Shown here piece after piece: positions 62,658 to 64,000 of a DNA stretch of 64,000 nucleotides. The DNA comes from a virus. A program made the translations under genes and the position numbers. Every line of letters starts with the position of its first letter. Position 1 is the first letter of the stretch. The notes beneath the pieces were generated by a model. That model saw nothing but the letters and a program-made list of their open reading frames with translations, had not been told where the DNA came from and made no database searches. The stretch lies in IMG/VR virus record IMGVR_UViG_3300048587_000983. One strand, given 5' to 3'.

Positions 62658-63017
62658 TCAGCCGATTCGCATGCCCGCCTCCAGCTCCCACGGATAGATA
62701 AGCCGGATTTTCTGCTCGCAGCTGTCACAGCGGGAGGGCCGTTCCTCGATGGGAAGGGGCATGGTATCGCAGTCCTCGAAAAAATAGTTTTTGCAGACCG
62801 GGCAGTCGGCGCCCCAGGCCGAATGCTGGTGGCCTTTTCCGAAGAGGGGCTCGGCCACCACAATCCGCTCCTTTTCGGGATCGGGCTCGGTCTTTTTCGG
62901 CCTCGGCCTATAAAGGTAGCGGATGACCTCGCTGAACGTCCCAAGGCCGGCATCGTCCTTGGCGAGCAAAAGAAGGCGGAGGGCTTCGTCGTCGATAAGA
63001 ATTTCATGCATCGGCAT
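62658..63017 (-). CDS. Small DNA-binding (RHH/antitoxin-like) N-terminus plus Zn ribbon
   Basis: ILIDDEALRLL..AK...TFSEVIRYL; CPVC...CDSC. Confidence 0.5.
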   Translation of the reverse strand: MPMHEILIDDEALRLLLLAKDDAGLGTFSEVIRYLYRPRPKKTEPDPEKERIVVAEPLFGKGHQHSAWGADCPVCKNYFFEDCDTMPLPIEERPSRCDSCEQKIRLIYPWELEAGMRIG

Positions 63018-63270
63018 CGTCAGGGCTCCCCAGCTTGATTCTGGCGGCGAGCTGCGACTTCAGGATCTCAATGGCGCCCAAAACGTGGAGCTTGCTACAC
63101 GTTCCGATGCTTGTGGCAAAACGCGTGCTGCCGTCCTTCATGATCCCGGTGACTGCGATGGCATCGAGCTTGTCGTCGATGGCGTCCTGCAATATCTCCT
63201 TTATGGCGTTGACGCTCTGTTCTTTGACCTGGTCATTCGACTGATGTTCTGTCATGCGCTTTCCTTTCAT
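63004..63270 (-). CDS. Small hypothetical protein
   Basis: 88 aa. Confidence 0.55.
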   Translation of the reverse strand: MKGKRMTEHQSNDQVKEQSVNAIKEILQDAIDDKLDAIAVTGIMKDGSTRFATSIGTCSKLHVLGAIEILKSQLAARIKLGSPDDADA

Positions 63271-63274
63271 GCAT

Positions 63275-63307
63275 AAAAAAAGCCGCTCCCCTGCAAAGGA
63301 GAACGGC
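63275..63307 (-). terminator. Rho-independent terminator
   Basis: GCCGTTCTCCT-TTGC-AGGGGAGCGGC then TTTTTTT on the minus strand. Confidence 0.85.
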
Positions 63308-63339
63308 CCCGGAATCGTTTGAAGACGTGATCTATGGAT

Positions 63340-63645
63340 CTAGGGAGTTTGAGACTCTCCATGGTCAGCTGTTCCTTTTTCCGTGGGCTTTTGCAGCGGG
63401 CCCTGGATAATCTCGGCCGCCCTGAGTGCTGCACCCATAAACAAACGCCCAAGATGCCACAAGCCGAGGGCGAAAGCATAGGCAAAGACGATGGGCATCC
63501 AAACAAAAAAGAGGGCGACGAGAGCCCAACCGATCGCCATATAGACGAGCGTTCTTGGGGTGAGGCTGATGCCCGGCAGAGCACCCGCGATCATCTGCCA
63601 CTCTTTTTTGAGATCTTCCTTCTCGTTGGCTGCGTCTCTTTGCAT
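63340..63645 (-). CDS. Two-TM membrane protein
   Basis: Long hydrophobic hairpin. Confidence 0.55.
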   Translation of the reverse strand: MQRDAANEKEDLKKEWQMIAGALPGISLTPRTLVYMAIGWALVALFFVWMPIVFAYAFALGLWHLGRLFMGAALRAAEIIQGPLQKPTEKGTADHGESQTP

Positions 63646-63734
63646 TTGGATCCTCTTTGCTATGCCCTCAAGGCCGCGCCCAAGAGCGTTTTGAAGAAAA
63701 CGTGGTTATGGTTAGAGGTCAGGATGCGCTGGCA

Positions 63735-64000
63735 TTATGCGCCAGTGGCTCCTTTTCTTTTGACGCCACCCTTCTCCTTTTTCAGGAACTCGGCGAGTGC
63801 CTCCGTTCCCTGCCTAAATTCCGTGGGCCAGTCTTTTCGGATCTTTCCCGTGATGTCTTCGTTATAAAAATCCTTCGTCACGCAGACGATGCAGATCCAG
63901 ACGTGATGGTTGTAGTTCTCCGGTTTCACCGGAACGTCGAGGACCTTGCCGTGAAGACCGCATCGGCCCGGGATAGGCCGGATGATTGCGGGATTTGGTT
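63735..64000 (-). CDS. Hypothetical protein, 5' truncated at window edge
   Basis: Frame is open to position 64000; C-x-x-H and C-x-x-C ligands. Confidence 0.45.
   Translation of the reverse strand, partial: PNPAIIRPIPGRCGLHGKVLDVPVKPENYNHHVWICIVCVTKDFYNEDITGKIRKDWPTEFRQGTEALAEFLKKEKGGVKRKGATGA

Noticed and set aside
1-64000. Alternative genetic code (stop-codon reassignment), as in some large phages
   Set aside because: Conserved genes (polA, sheath, MCP, rnhB) are full length in code 11 and gene packing is dense with normal TAA/TAG/TGA stops
1-64000. CRISPR array, rRNA, integrase, IS element
   Set aside because: No regularly spaced repeats, rRNA-like segments, or recombinase/transposase motifs seen

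Overview
This window is a 64 kb segment of a large contractile-tailed (myovirus-type) bacteriophage genome that reads cleanly in the standard genetic code. I found no rRNA, CRISPR array, integrase, terminase or portal. It has four transcription blocks. (1) + strand, 153-5970: small early/replication genes (SSB, PD-(D/E)XK nuclease, lipoprotein, histone-like basic protein), then a terminator and a tRNA-like element. (2) - strand, 24816 to 6221: virion morphogenesis operon (prohead protease, scaffold-like proteins, decoration protein, HK97-type major capsid protein, adaptor/neck, tail completion, sheath, tube) mixed with small cargo-like ORFs, including a NUDIX hydrolase. (3) + strand, 25346-42083: three glycosyltransferase genes (four GT modules), family A DNA polymerase, DEDDh exonuclease, antirepressor-like and clamp-like proteins, RNase HII. 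(4) - strand, 42087-64000: dense accessory genes (KhpA-like KH protein, DHH phosphoesterase, exported-protein cluster, R2K-like ATP-grasp, Lar-like, an Oligoflexia/Bdellovibrionota-like regulator plus secreted protein, HicA-domain fusion). The main discovery is a recurrent peptide tag, [S/D/A]-F-W-x-G-F-x-K-x-A, at the N-termini of otherwise unrelated proteins and at both ends of the NUDIX enzyme. K-x-A is also strongly enriched in head-associated proteins but absent from the tail sheath. I interpret this as a putative capsid-targeting and prohead-protease cleavage code, analogous to but different from the T4 capsid-targeting sequence. All family assignments come from motif recognition by eye, not from database searches.
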